Notes: a model not told the origin generated them from the sequence alone. A stretch of DNA of 64,000 nucleotides from an uncultured Planctomycetaceae bacterium (GCA_963815195.1 CAWFGE010000015.1:96001-160000); one strand, 5' to 3'. Shown: positions 50,741-63,100, counted from the first letter of the stretch. Made by a program: numbers and translations.

Positions 50741-53632
50741 TCATGGTGCGACACTATGTTTTTCTTCGTGGTCGGAGTGTTGTTCCAGGTACAATTCTCT
50801 GCGTCGTTCGATGGCGGACAATTGATTCTCCAGCTTGGCTACTTTTTCTTTGACTTCGGCGCGGGTCTCGTCCGCGAGATCTGGCTCTTCCAGTGCATCT
50901 CGGAAGATGAGCAGTTCTTCCTTGATCTCCTCGCGTTCCGCCTCGATGGCCTTCAAGGAATTTCGGAGAAATTTTTCGCGCCATTCTTCATTCGCGCCAA
51001 TCTCGGAGTGGCGGTTTCCCAAGTGGAGGACGCCCAAGACATCGCCCTGCTTCTCGGCTTCCCGGATCGGGTCGAGGCCGGGTTCGAGCCTGGAAGAGAC
51101 CAACTCGTCCAATGTTTCATTGTTCGAAGCAACGTAAAAGACCTTCGTCACCAGGTTTCCCTGGCTCGCTTGATTTAAGTCTTCGTCTGTAACCTCCACC
51201 GAGATGGAACTGTGTCTTGCGAACAGCTCGGCCGCCGGCGTATTGACGCGATTGGCAAACGTGCCGAAAAACATTTCGCCCGCATGTCCCGACACATTTC
51301 CCAATTCAAACAGGATCCCGTTTGTCTTCGACACGTTGAGCCGCGCCGGCAGGACTACTTTGCTGGGCGCCCCGTCTTCCGTGGTCCACGTGATATGAGG
51401 GACGGCCTTCTCGCTCGATTCGCTGCTGACGGACAACCGGATCTGCACGGAATCTGGCGGAAGCAAAATTGTTTCGGCGGATGACGTGTCGTCGCTAAGC
51501 CGCTTGATGCTGAAATTCTGAAGTTTGACGGTATAGCCTTTTAGATCCGGGTTGAACGGGTCTTTATCGCCTCCCCGAAAGTATCTCTGAAGCCAGGACG
51601 CGTCCGGGGCATTGGGTTTCAGGTCGTTAAATACATACGTGGTCTCACTGTTGCCCGCGGGATCGACCAACTTGACCGCATGCGGCAGATATTGCTGCTT
51701 GTCGAGGATCACCTCGGCACTTCGCCAGTTGGCGGCATCCTCGCGCAAACGGGGGAGCACATGGAGCTTGACATAGTTGGGGGGGAGTTTGGGATCCTTG
51801 ACCAAGGACCACTGATAGCGATGCTTCGCCTCATTCAGCGGCATGCCGAACAGAAATGGCAACGGCCCATCTATCATGTTGCGGCCCTGATTCGGCGGAA
51901 CGGGAAATATCTCGACCTGTTTGTCGGCTTCGTTGATCTGCCAGGTGGAGATCCCATTGCAAATCCAGCGTTCCGCCGCGCCCTGCTTCAGAGTGTAGGC
52001 GACCGTTTTTCCGGTATCGGGATCTCTGTGCTCGATTTTCTCTCCCGGTGTGATGCTTTTGACGGGCTGGATGTCGATGCGTCCTTTGGAGGGGGCTTCG
52101 TAATAAACAGCGCCCGTGGAACGCTTCTCCACCATGAATACTTTGTCATACACGAACCGCAGAAACGTGCCTCGAAGCGTTTGGGTTTTGGAGGATTCGT
52201 GCGACCAATTCCGGAGCAATTCTTCCAACTCCGGCGGCAGGACCGCTTCGTTGGAATTTGCGTTCTCGTCGGCTGGATTGACGGCCTTTGGCAACTCGGT
52301 TCCCACCCGGTCGCCTTTTTGTAAGGGGGTATTAAGCTTAGCTTTGATGATGTGGGCCGCGCATTTGTCTACACCGACATAAGCGACTTTCACTTCGCCG
52401 ACATATCGGTCGCCGCGCCAGACCTGAAGAGTCGTATTGAGTTTGATGCCATCTTTGGCCCCCAAAGAGAGTTCCACCATTTGACGTTTTTCCGAAACGT
52501 CCAGGATGGCACCTCGGGTTTTTGCAGAGGAGGTGCCCAGACCGCGGGGCCAGGAGAGAGTTCCACCAATCGATGGTTCTCCGTTCGCGGGTTCCTGCAA
52601 GACGAGGTCTCCGACTTCGATTCCGCGGCCTTGATCCTGGCGGATAATCCGTGCCAAGCTACTTCGGTTTTGAACTTCGAATACTTCGATTTGCCCGACG
52701 ACTTTGGCCGGCGGTTCGGTGGGATGGGTCACGGTGAACCACATGCCGGGCGCGACAGCATCGCTACTTCCCAAGGAGATTTCTACAGTCTGCTTTGTTG
52801 CATCAACTCCCAGGATCTTACCAATTTGGAATGGCGCTTGGGTCGGATTTGAACGACTTCCTGTACGAAAAGAGATGGACTTCGAATCCTCTCCCTCTTC
52901 CCATCGCCGGTTCGGGTTTTCGAGATCCGCGACGCGGCGGTCGATGATTTCTGATTTGATGCGCTCCCGCGCTTCGAGCAGGTTCTTCATCTTTTTGATC
53001 TTCTGCTCCAGTTGGGCGATCTCCGCGCGGTGGAGAGTTTGGCGATCTTGGAAAGTCTGCCGCACGGCCGCTTCCAAATCCTTATGGAGTTCCTTTAGCC
53101 TCCGATCATCGGATTTTCGCCGCTGGGATTCCTCGCGGTATTGGGCGGCCCATTCCAGGCTCTTTGCATTGGAGACGGCGTACTGTTTTTTTAAGTCCGC
53201 CACGTTGAGTGAAGTAAACGAAATCCTGGTTTGGGGGGAATAATAAATCGTTCCACCCGAAACTTTGCGTGGGGGGGAACTCGTTCCTCCATCATCCGGC
53301 TCCGGTTTTTGATCCAGCTGCGCGACCAGCTTTTCCGCTTTTTCGATCTGGTCCGGTGTTCCAACGAGAGCCACTCGGTTGGTTTTCGGATAAGCCGTCA
53401 CCGCGATCTCATTTTCAAAGAACTGTTTGAGAGTCTCAGCCAACGCCTCCGCTTCGATGTTGTTCAACTTCAGGATCTGAACCCGCTTTTTCTGCGCTGC
53501 ACTTTCGCCTCCGAAAAAACTACCATCCTCGGTTCTTACCGAAGATTTCGAGCCTTCATCTTGCGCGAAGGTGGGCAAAGCACTCCACGTCGCAATCAGA
53601 ATGACCGGGTACACGAATGCGATTCTTTTCAT
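50741..53632 (-). CDS. Secreted multidomain protein (secretin-N/NolW-like repeat, coiled coil, beta domains, LolA-like domain)
   Basis: Signal peptide; ILKLNNIEAEAL..TNRVALVGT..LVAQLD; VEISLGSSD..PG twice; ERWICNG..DGPLPFLFG. Confidence 0.7.
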   Translation of the reverse strand: MKRIAFVYPVILIATWSALPTFAQDEGSKSSVRTEDGSFFGGESAAQKKRVQILKLNNIEAEALAETLKQFFENEIAVTAYPKTNRVALVGTPDQIEKAEKLVAQLDQKPEPDDGGTSSPPRKVSGGTIYYSPQTRISFTSLNVADLKKQYAVSNAKSLEWAAQYREESQRRKSDDRRLKELHKDLEAAVRQTFQDRQTLHRAEIAQLEQKIKKMKNLLEARERIKSEIIDRRVADLENPNRRWEEGEDSKSISFRTGSRSNPTQAPFQIGKILGVDATKQTVEISLGSSDAVAPGMWFTVTHPTEPPAKVVGQIEVFEVQNRSSLARIIRQDQGRGIEVGDLVLQEPANGEPSIGGTLSWPRGLGTSSAKTRGAILDVSEKRQMVELSLGAKDGIKLNTTLQVWRGDRYVGEVKVAYVGVDKCAAHIIKAKLNTPLQKGDRVGTELPKAVNPADENANSNEAVLPPELEELLRNWSHESSKTQTLRGTFLRFVYDKVFMVEKRSTGAVYYEAPSKGRIDIQPVKSITPGEKIEHRDPDTGKTVAYTLKQGAAERWICNGISTWQINEADKQVEIFPVPPNQGRNMIDGPLPFLFGMPLNEAKHRYQWSLVKDPKLPPNYVKLHVLPRLREDAANWRSAEVILDKQQYLPHAVKLVDPAGNSETTYVFNDLKPNAPDASWLQRYFRGGDKDPFNPDLKGYTVKLQNFSIKRLSDDTSSAETILLPPDSVQIRLSVSSESSEKAVPHITWTTEDGAPSKVVLPARLNVSKTNGILFELGNVSGHAGEMFFGTFANRVNTPAAELFARHSSISVEVTDEDLNQASQGNLVTKVFYVASNNETLDELVSSRLEPGLDPIREAEKQGDVLGVLHLGNRHSEIGANEEWREKFLRNSLKAIEAEREEIKEELLIFRDALEEPDLADETRAEVKEKVAKLENQLSAIERRRELYLEQHSDHEEKHSVAP

Positions 53633-53693
53633 GGCGATTCTCCAACGAGTGGTTTTGATTTGTGGGGGCGAATTGAACATTGAGCCGGAACGG

Positions 53694-55148
53694 TCACCAG
53701 AACCTGGAAACCTCCGCTTCTAGTTCCTCCGCTTCCTGACTGAGGGCGTCGAGTTCTCTTTGGGAATGATCCCAGTCGGCAAGAGGCTTTTCGGGGTGTA
53801 TTTGTTTCGGCTGGGTTTGCGGAGCCGAGGCCTCTTGCACAGGATGATGGCTTTCGGGCCATGAACCGCCGCTTAAACCTGCGGAACCCCAGGGCCGGGA
53901 AATGGCCAAACCGATGAGGAGGCTCGTTATCAAGAATCCGGCGGTCATAAGGCGGCTTGAAATCCGTTGGGGCAAATGTTTCCGGGGTCGGCAAAACTCC
54001 GGCAGTGGGGCCGCCAAGGGCTGTTGAACGTGGGCGAGACAGGCTTCCAAGAGTTCGGCCACGTCCTCCGCGGAAGAGAACCGCTCGGCCTGCTTCTTCG
54101 CGAGCAGCTTGAAGATGATCTTTTCCAGCCATTCGGGAACGGCCGGGTTTTGTTCGCGAAGGGAGCGAGGTTCGGAATCGGTGATTCGCCGAAGCGTGCC
54201 GTAGGCCGTCTCAGCCCGGAACGGCGGATGACCGGTGCACATCGCATACATCACGCTGCCCAGGCTGAACAGATCGCTTTGGGCGGCAACCGCCTCGCCG
54301 CGGGATTGTTCGGGCGACATGTAATGCGGCGTGCCGGGTAGGCAACCGGAATGTGTGAGGCTGGCGTCATCACTGGCGCGGGCCAGGCCGAAGTCCGTGA
54401 GCAAAGCCCGCTCGACGCTTTTTTCCAGAAGGATGTTCGAGGGCTTCACATCCCGGTGCACCAGGCCCTGGGCATGGGCGGCCGCCAGTCCCGCCGCCAT
54501 CTGAAACGCGATCCGCAGGATTTCGCAAGTCTCCAAGGGGCCTTGACGATCCAGCCGGGCTTGCAGGGATTCGCCGGCGATATACTGCATCACGAGAAAC
54601 GGCGGATCGTGTTCGGATTCCACGTTGTGAATCGCGACCACGTGCTCGTGGACCACAGCGGCTGCGGCGCGGGCTTCACGGGCGAATCGCTTTCGGGCGG
54701 CCCCGCTCCCCGCCAGATGCGGAGCCAACACTTTTATCGCCACCGGACGGTTGAGTTCCGTGTCGAAGGCTTTGAATACCATTCCCATCCCGCCGGTGCC
54801 GATGAGGCGCTCCACTTCGTAGCGTCCCAATCGGCCCAAGAGTTCCGGATGCGAGGCCGGGGCGAGCATTTGCCGAACCAGCACGTCCATCTCGCTTGAA
54901 TGACGGGACTTCGGCTCAGCCCGCCGCCAGGGCCGCCCGCTCATTTCGCGGTCAAGATCGTCATCGCCAAGGAACCGGCTGATGTCGGTCCATTCGCCCT
55001 CTGAGGCCGCCAATTCCGCGAGTTGGCGCTGGCAATCTCCGCAGTTTTCCACATGGGCGGCGAGGGATTGAAACTCGGGACTGTCCTCGGCGACATTCAA
55101 AAGCATCGGCAGCCGGGTTCCATCGCAGGCGAATTGTTGTGAAGACAT
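53694..55148 (-). CDS. Ser/Thr protein kinase with N-terminal anti-sigma zinc finger
   Basis: HVENCGDC, IGTGGMG, VAIK, HRDVKPSN, DFGLA, YMSPE. Confidence 0.93.
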   Translation of the reverse strand: MSSQQFACDGTRLPMLLNVAEDSPEFQSLAAHVENCGDCQRQLAELAASEGEWTDISRFLGDDDLDREMSGRPWRRAEPKSRHSSEMDVLVRQMLAPASHPELLGRLGRYEVERLIGTGGMGMVFKAFDTELNRPVAIKVLAPHLAGSGAARKRFAREARAAAAVVHEHVVAIHNVESEHDPPFLVMQYIAGESLQARLDRQGPLETCEILRIAFQMAAGLAAAHAQGLVHRDVKPSNILLEKSVERALLTDFGLARASDDASLTHSGCLPGTPHYMSPEQSRGEAVAAQSDLFSLGSVMYAMCTGHPPFRAETAYGTLRRITDSEPRSLREQNPAVPEWLEKIIFKLLAKKQAERFSSAEDVAELLEACLAHVQQPLAAPLPEFCRPRKHLPQRISSRLMTAGFLITSLLIGLAISRPWGSAGLSGGSWPESHHPVQEASAPQTQPKQIHPEKPLADWDHSQRELDALSQEAEELEAEVSRFW

Positions 55149-55748
55149 TTAGCTCGGCTCCTGTTCCTCGAACTGCTGAACCAACTCCCGCAAGCGTGCA
55201 ATCACCCGGCTCCGGGCGAGATAGACGCTGCCCGGCCTCATTTTCAATCGGCCCGCGACTTCCGCGATGGGCACGGCTTCGACACTGGACAACCAGAATG
55301 CCCGCCACGTCTTTTCCGCGACCGCTTGTTTGACTCGTTCCGAAGCCCAGCGAAACAACTCTCGGCGGTATTCGGCCTCGAACCGGGCCGAGGCGCCGCC
55401 GGTCGGGTCCGGCTGGTTCGCAAGAAGCCGGGCCGCCTCTTCGCCGCCGACGGGTTGAAATCTCGATCGCGTCAACACATTCACCGCCGTATTCCTGGCG
55501 ATCCGAAACAGCCACGCTCGAAACCGCCCCCGGTCGGTCCGTTCGAGCCAATCGGAGATGGCCCCCGCCACCGATGCGAAGACTTCCTGCACCAGATCGT
55601 CGGCGTCAGCACTTTGGAGACCCATTCTCCGAGCCACCCGATACACCGACCGTCCATAGATCGTCACAAATTCCTCCCACGCCGCGGCATCCTCCGCATT
55701 CGGCAATCGCCAAAGCAAACTCGCTCGGGTTTCCGGAAGACTCGACAT
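55149..55748 (-). CDS. ECF sigma-70 factor
   Basis: TRASLL, AWEEF, DADDLVQEVF, FRAWLFRIARN, VYLARSRV; start could be 55760 or 55769. Confidence 0.92.
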   Translation of the reverse strand: MSSLPETRASLLWRLPNAEDAAAWEEFVTIYGRSVYRVARRMGLQSADADDLVQEVFASVAGAISDWLERTDRGRFRAWLFRIARNTAVNVLTRSRFQPVGGEEAARLLANQPDPTGGASARFEAEYRRELFRWASERVKQAVAEKTWRAFWLSSVEAVPIAEVAGRLKMRPGSVYLARSRVIARLRELVQQFEEQEPS

Positions 55749-55975
55749 CAGCTTAACCATAGGGACCACATTGACGCCTCTTGTGATGTCCTACCACAAT
55801 GACACACGAGAATGCGAATTCTTTCACGGGATTTTGGAAGAAGTTCCGCCGGTCGAGAAAGAATTTCGCCAAACGTCCCCAATGGCCAAAACCCTTTGCA
55901 CCAATCATTGGCATTGGCGAATGGGCGGGATTGACAATCGGTTTCCATTATTGCATTAAGGTGGCTGACTCAACA

Positions 55976-56120
55976 CACGTGGCGTTGGGCGGTGTCGCGT
56001 TCGGTTCGGTTGGCCAGCCTGAGGATGGTGCAAATTCCAACTGGAAGTGGAAAAATCTGCTACTGCGGACGTGCCGGGAAAAACTGCGGGAGGGCGAAAT
56101 TGAAGGCCAGCGGGTGCCAG
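55976..56120 (-). repeat. Dispersed repeat, copy C
   Basis: Minus strand gcacccgctggccttcaatttc...atcctcaggctggccaaccgaaccgaacgcgacac...acgccacgtg. Confidence 0.7.
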
Positions 56121-56508
56121 AAAATGCACGTCTTCGTTTGCGAATGCAACCCTGCTGGGCGTCTGGGAATGAATCAGGAATTTGGCGAGGGCCGAAGAGA
56201 ATTGTTGAGTTTGCGAGGAAATAAAAAAACGCCACGCCTTGCGGCGTAGCGATTTGAAATGCTCTTTCCCCTGACCTACTTCTTGGGGGTTTCCTTTTTC
56301 TGAGAACCACTTTCTGCTGAGCTGGTTGAAGTTTTTTGCTGCCCTTGAACCGTTTGGAGTTCTTGAACCATCATCGTTGTCAGTTTCACCGCTCCAGTCA
56401 GATCCATTGTTTTTTCCTTCATTTCGAGTCTCCCTAAGCGTAGCGGATCTCACACTTGGAATTCTACACAACCGGAATGTACCCTCTCAAAACCCGCACT
56501 GCAAGCCT

Positions 56509-57797
56509 TGTAACGGCTCAGTTCGAACTGGAATTTCTGGCTGGTTGGGTTAGTCTATTCTTATGAGAGGACCGACCCATGAGCAACAGCAAACGACGTC
56601 ATTTTACGCCCGAGCAGAAAGCCGAGGTTGTCAGGCGGCATCTGTCGGGGAAGGAACCCGTCTCCAAACTCGCTGAGGAGCTTGGGGTGCAGCCGAGCCA
56701 GATTCATGCGTGGGTGAACCTGGTTCTGGCGCAGGCGGAGCGGGCATTCGAGAAGTCTCAGCAGAATGGACGCGCGCGGACGGACAAGGTCAAGGACCGC
56801 CGCATCGAACAGCTCGAAGGTAAGATCGCCGACAAGAACGAAGTGATCGCCGAGTTAATGGAGGCGAACGTTCGCGCAAAAAAAGAGCTTGGGGAACTCT
56901 AAAAGGAGGCTGGGTTCCCCACGACACGCGCGACGAAATCGTGGATTACATCACGTATTGGACGGACCGCGCCGAGATTCCCGCCAAAACCCTTTTGGGT
57001 TGGTTGGAACTGGGCACGAGCAAGTACCACTCGTGGAAAGACCGCTACGGAAAAGCCAACGAGCACAACGGGAAGATTCCCCGGGATCATTGGCTGGAGG
57101 ATTGGGAGAAGGCGGCGATCGTCGACTATTTTGACCAGCATCCCTTGGAAGGCTATCGCCGGCTGACGTTCATGATGCTCGATGATGACATCGTCGCCAC
57201 AAGCCCGGCGACGGTGTATCGCGTGCTCAAAGCGAACCGGCGATTGGACCGCAGGAAGTTCTCGCCGTCCAAGAAAGGCACAGGCTTCGTGCAGCCCTTA
57301 AAACCCCACGAACACTGGCACATCGACGTGTCTTACATCAACGTGGAAGGCACGTTTTACTACCTGACCAGCGTCTTGGATGGCTGCAGCCGGGCCATTT
57401 TGCACTGGGACCTCAAGGAGTCGATGACCGAACAGGACGTGGAAGTTATTCTGCAAAAAGCGATCGAGACCTACCCCGGCGAATCGCCGCGGATCATCTC
57501 GGACAACGGGCCGCAGTTCATCGCGCGGGACTTCAAAGAGTTCATCCGCCTCGTGGGCGCCACACACGTGCGGACCAGTCCGTACTATCCCCAATCGAAC
57601 GGCAAGATCGAACGTTGGCACGGAAGTTTGAAGTCCGAATGTATCCGGCCGAGTTGTCCGGCCAACGTCGAGGAAGCCCGGCGAAAGATTCAAAGCTATG
57701 TGGATCATTACAATAATGTGCGGCTGCATTCGGCCATCGGCTATGTGACGCCCGCCGATAAACTGGCGGGCATCGAACAGGAGATCTTCACCGAACG
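56509..57797 (+). mobile_element. IS3-family element (orfA 56579-56902, orfB by -1 frameshift), right end missing
   Basis: TGTAACGG end; HTH orfA; A7G slippery site at 56878-56885; WHIDVSY, ISDNGPQF, SNGKIER DDE core. Confidence 0.92.
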
Positions 57798-58535
57798 CAA
57801 TCGCCGGTTCGCTTTGAGCACGCGATACACCGTCGCCGGGCTTGTGGCGACGATGTCATCATCGAGCATCATGAACGTCAGCCGGCGATAGCCTTCCAAG
57901 GGATGCTGGTCAAAATAGTCGACGATCGCCGCCTTCTCCCAATCCTCCAGCCAATGATCCCGGGGAATCTTCCCGTTGTGCTCGTTGGCTTTTCCGTAGC
58001 GGTCTTTCCACGAGTGGTACTTGCTCGTGCCCAGTTCCAACCAACCCAAAAGGGTTTTGGCGGGAATCTCGGCGCGGTCCGTCCAATACGTGATGTAATC
58101 CACGATTTCGTCGCGCGTGTCGTGGGGAACCCAGCCTCCTTTTAGAGTTCCCCAAGCTCTTTTTTTGCGCGAACGTTCGCCTCCATTAACTCGGCGATCA
58201 CTTCGTTCTTGTCGGCGATCTTACCTTCGAGCTGTTCGATGCGGCGGTCCTTGACCTTGTCCGTCCGCGCACGTCCATTCTGCTGAGACTTCTCGAATGC
58301 CCGCTCCGCCTGCGCCAGAACCAGGTTCACCCACGCATGAATCTGGCTCGGCTGCACCCCAAGCTCCTCAGTGAGTTTGGAAACAGGTTCCTTCCCCGAC
58401 AGATGCCGCCTGACAACCTCGGCTTTCTGCTCGGGCGTAAAATGACGTCGTTTGCTGTTGCTCATGGGTCGGTCCTCTCATAAGAATAGACTAACCCAAC
58501 CAGCCAGAAATTCCAGTTCGAACTGAGCCGTTACA
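57798..58535 (-). mobile_element. Second, inverted 5'-partial copy of the same IS3 element (738 bp)
   Basis: Reverse complement of 56509-57246 with at least 4 substitutions; orfA 58142-58465. Confidence 0.92.
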
Positions 58536-58750
58536 ATTGGCTGGCATCTTTATCTTGTCTTCCCCCTCCGTGGGATTCTCCGTGTCCTCCGTGCCTCCGC
58601 GGTAAACAAACCCATCCAAAGAACCCAGACTCTAGTTCACAGGCAGACCGGGTTCCGCGTTGGCGGTGCTCCAAGAGCTGATGCTCTTCCGGTCCTGGCG
58701 GTCGATTCGCCGGTAGGCATCGCGATTCTTTCTGGCGGCATACGAGATAA

Positions 58751-59715
58751 TTACGCTGGTTTCATCCCGCTGCATTTCCAGAGCGCCAGATCATAGCCGG
58801 CCTCTGCGAGCAGCCGCTGGCAGTCGTTTTCGTCCCGCTGGAGAAAATGCCAGTCCATCATCCATTGGTATTCCACGGGGTCGTAATAACGGGCATCCTT
58901 GAACGCGACATACACCGCTCCGCCGGGGTTGACGGCTTCCCGCCACGCTCTCAACATGGGAACCAGGTGCTTGTCGGGAATATAATCCGCGAGGCCCACG
59001 CTGTAGATAATGTCGCTCGGTCCAAACGTTTTGAGGATGGCGTCCGCCGATCGCATCCGCAGCGCGTTATGGCGAATGTATTCAAACGCGAACTGCGGAG
59101 GGGCCTGCTTGGAGATGTGCCGGCGAATGTATTCGAGCACCCCCTCGTCGGAATCCACGCACGTCACGATGACAGGCCTGGCGGGCAGATCGTCCGAGCG
59201 GCCGCGAAATTCCCGGCCCGGTCCGCAGGCGATGTCCAACACGCGGACAATTCCCGATCGATGCTCGAGTTCCTCGATCAGAAACGACTGGGCATCCTTC
59301 AAGCGCGCCTTGACGGCGCTTCCCAAGGTCATCTTCAAACACAGCCGATCCAGATAGCCGCCGAGCCCCCGCGCAAGGGGAACGCCGTCGTAAATCGCCG
59401 ACAGCATTTGATAGTCCCCCGGAAACCCGCGCGGCTTGGTCCGCGCCGGTGGATGATCCAACTCTGATTCAACCACGGAGCGGTGGCCTCCTGGAATCGC
59501 GACTGCGCGGTTTTGCGCAGATCTTGATCGCCCGTTAGCGTTTCATCCAATCGGCGGCACGCCCTTAAACCCCGGCCTAGTATCGCCTCGAGTTCGTGAA
59601 GGCGTTCGTCGTTCTCCGGGTAGGCGAGGGGTTCGATGCTCTGTTCAAATTCCGCGAGTTGAGATGTCAACTGGGCGATGTCGCGATTGAAGAAATGATC
59701 GATTTCGGCATGCAT
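58751..59715 (-). CDS. Class I SAM-dependent methyltransferase, PhcB-like; frameshifts near 59445 and probably 58770
   Basis: TKPRGFPGDYQML, VLDIACGPGRE, IYSVGLADY, MDW; true 3' end uncertain. Confidence 0.75.
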
Positions 59716-60123
59716 GGTGAGGTTCCTGTGGTGAGGGGCCGAGGGGAGTTTTGCCGGGCATTAAGCCGTCCGCGCGGAGTGTCGCGAACACCGAGAACGA
59801 CTTAATCCCACAGCAGATGTGAGATTCTCTCCACGGATCCTTCAGGAAACCACCCCAATACTCAGGAAGTTGTAGGACACGACCCGAGAAACTTGAGGCG
59901 CGAACGAATGTTGAAACTAATGATGCAAAGTGCCGCGTATTGCCCGGCTTATCCAACGAGAAAACCTAGAGGTCTTAACAACGAACAGCGGGAAACATCG
60001 TTAGAGGGATCCTTTTCATGAAAAGCGGATTAATCCATCGCATCGGCACTTGCGGAACAGAGGCCCATTTCTCATCAATTCACCCTACTAGATGGGGCTC
60101 AATTTCCGGCACGCGTTGCCCGG

Positions 60124-63100
60124 ATGGCAATTGTGTCCCAAAGTAGAAGTGAGTGGCCGCGCCGATTCCCTTCCCCGGGCGGTCCTTCGACGACAATCGC
60201 TCGAATCGCCAAATCGGACAATAACCGTCAAGATGGAACACCCCAACGCGAATCGATCGCCCCTCGACGGGCCAGAGCCAATGCTCCTCGAAGGAGGCTT
60301 GGGCGCTATGTTCTGAAACGCACCGTGAAAAGCAGTTTCGACGGGATTTCGCGGCTTGGCGTCTGCGTGGAGACGAGCGCCAAAGTCATCGTCAAATCCC
60401 GCCCGATCAGCGCGCTGCCTTCCGGCTATTTAATGCGTTTGCAGCACGAGGTTGCGATTCTCAGCCGCTTGCAAAGCCTATATTACAACTCGCCCCTCGA
60501 GTTGATCGCGGATCAGGACCACGTGCATGTCGTGTTTCCATTCCTGAAAGGGCGGCCTCTTGCCAAATGGATCCGGCGCGGCCCCCTCTCGGTTCAAGAT
60601 GTGGTCGCGGTGGGGTCTTGCCTGCTGACCGCGCTTCGCGACCTGCACGAAAACCATATCATCCATCGCGCGGTCCGGCCGACCAACCTGGTCGTTCCCG
60701 TCGATCGACGGATTTCATCGGCGACGTTAATCGGTGTGGGTTCGACGGCGCTGGTGCTGTCCCAATCCTCGGAGCCCGACCGGTTCCTGAACCAGGCGCA
60801 GTATTACGCCCCGGAACAAGCGGGATCGATCGATCACGACATCACGCAGTCCACCGATCTGTATTCCGCGGGCGTTGTGCTCTTTGAATGCCTCGCCGGT
60901 TATACGCCTTTTTCCGGGACAGACCTCAACTCCGTGTTGTTCAGCCACATGACAACCGCGGTCCCCGAATTGAGATCCCTCGGACTGAAAATCCCGCGAG
61001 CGCTCGATGAACTCATCCAACGTCTGCTGCGGAAGGATCCCAGAGACCGCTACCAGTCGGCTGAAGCGGCGCTCGCGGATCTCGGGGCGATCGAGAAAGG
61101 CCTCGCCGCGGGGAACTCCGAACCGAACGTCGTGATTGGAGCCAGCGACATCCGCCGGACTTTGATCGAACCGGCCTTCGTCTCGCGCGATACGGAACTC
61201 CAGGCCTTCGACGAGCAGATTGCCAGCGTCGAGTTGGGGAACGCGGGACTCGTGTTCCTTGAGGGAGAGTCGGGAGGCGGCAAATCGCGCCTGTTGACCG
61301 AAGCGGCCCAGCGCCACGAAAAGCGGTTTTCGCGTGCTGCGGGGCATCGGTTCCAACGAGGTCGCCCAGCGTCCTTTCAACATTTTCGACGGCGTGTTCG
61401 AGAAGTTTTTGTCCGACTGCAAAACGGAAGCCGGTTTTCTGGAAGGCGTGCGGGACGCTCTGCGCGACGAACTGGACGTCTTGGCCGAGTCCATTCCGGA
61501 GATCTCCGAAGTTCTGGGCACCAAGAAGTCCTCGGTCAATGGACCGGAAGTCACGGGGGAAATGCGGACGGTTCGCGCGTTGGTGCAGTTTTTGAGCGCC
61601 GTGGGAACGAAAGAGAAACCCGCCCTGGTAATCCTCGACGACTGCCAATGGGCGGATGATTTAACCTATAAGCTGATTCGGCAATGGCAGAGCCAGCAGG
61701 CTCAGGAGGCCGAGACCTATGTGCTTTTCGTGGTCGCGTTTCGAAGCGAAGAGGTCGGCCCGGCGCATAGTCTTCGGCAAATTGAGACTTCGACGCACCT
61801 CAGACTCGCGCCGTTTCAAAGCGCCGAGATCCGGCAGTTGACCGAATCGATGGCCGGGCGGATTCCCGAAGAGGCCTTGGAGATCATCGTCCAGCTCAGC
61901 GGGGGCAGCCCGTTTATGTGCTCGGCGGTGCTGCATGGCCTCGTGGAATCGGGGGCCTTGGTCTACGAGCAGGGCCATTGGCGACTCGAGCCGATGGCCC
62001 TGGGGAATATTCATTCCGCGGACCGGGAGGCGGCGTTCTTGATGCGGCGCCTCGATCTGCTTTCGGATTCGGTGCTGGAATACCTCTCGGCCGGGGCGAT
62101 CATTGGAAATGAATTTGACATTCAAATCGCCGCGACGTTGACCGGCTTCCAAGCAGCCGACGCGATTTCCGCCGTGGACCGCGCGGCAGCGACAGTTGAT
62201 TTGGTGCCGGCCCGACGGCGTCACTTGCGTGTTCGTGCACGATAAAATTCGCCAGGCGCTGCTCGATCGTTTGAGCCCGGCGTCCCGGCAGTCGCTGCAC
62301 CTGCGGGCCGCGCATTATTTTCAAGAGCATTTTCCCGATAAGGTCTCCGAGCTCGCCTATCACTTCGATTCCGCCGGCGTCAGTGACAAGGCGTTTCAGT
62401 ATGCGCTGATTGCCGCGGAACAAGCCCGGAATCGCTACGCCTTGGAAACGGCTGAGCAACAATATCAAATCGCGCGTCGCGGCGCGAAAGACGCGGATAT
62501 TCAAGTTCAATACCGCGTTGCGGAGGGGCTCGGCGACGTGCTGATGCTCCGGGGCAAGTACGAGGTCGCGGGGCGGCTGTTTGAGGAGGCATCCCGCCTC
62601 GCCAGCGATCAATACACCAAGGCCCAGATTCGAGGAAAACTCGGGGAACTCTCCTTCAAGCGCGGCGACATGGAACGGGCGGTCGAAGACTACGAGAAAG
62701 CGCTCAGGTCGCTCAGGCGGTGGATCCCGCGAACAAACCTCGTCTTTTTCCTTTGGCTGCTGTGGGAAGTTGTCGTTCAAGTTTTCCATTCCTGGTTCCC
62801 GCGGTTGTTTGTGCATCGCAAACATCAACCGCCGTCGGAGTCCGAACGCTTGACGATTCGGCTGTATAGCGGCTTGGCGCACGGCAACTGGTACTGCCGG
62901 GGCCGGCTCAGCACGCTGTGGGCGCACTTGCGCGGCTTGAACCTGGCGGAACGCTACCCGATCACTCCCGAGCTCGGCAATGCCTATTCCGAGCACGCGC
63001 CGGTGATGTCGCTGTTGGGCATGTTTGGCCGGGCGGTGAACTATGCCGAGAAGTCGCTGCGGATTCGCCGCGAGCTTCAGGATCTGTGGGGGCAGGGGCA

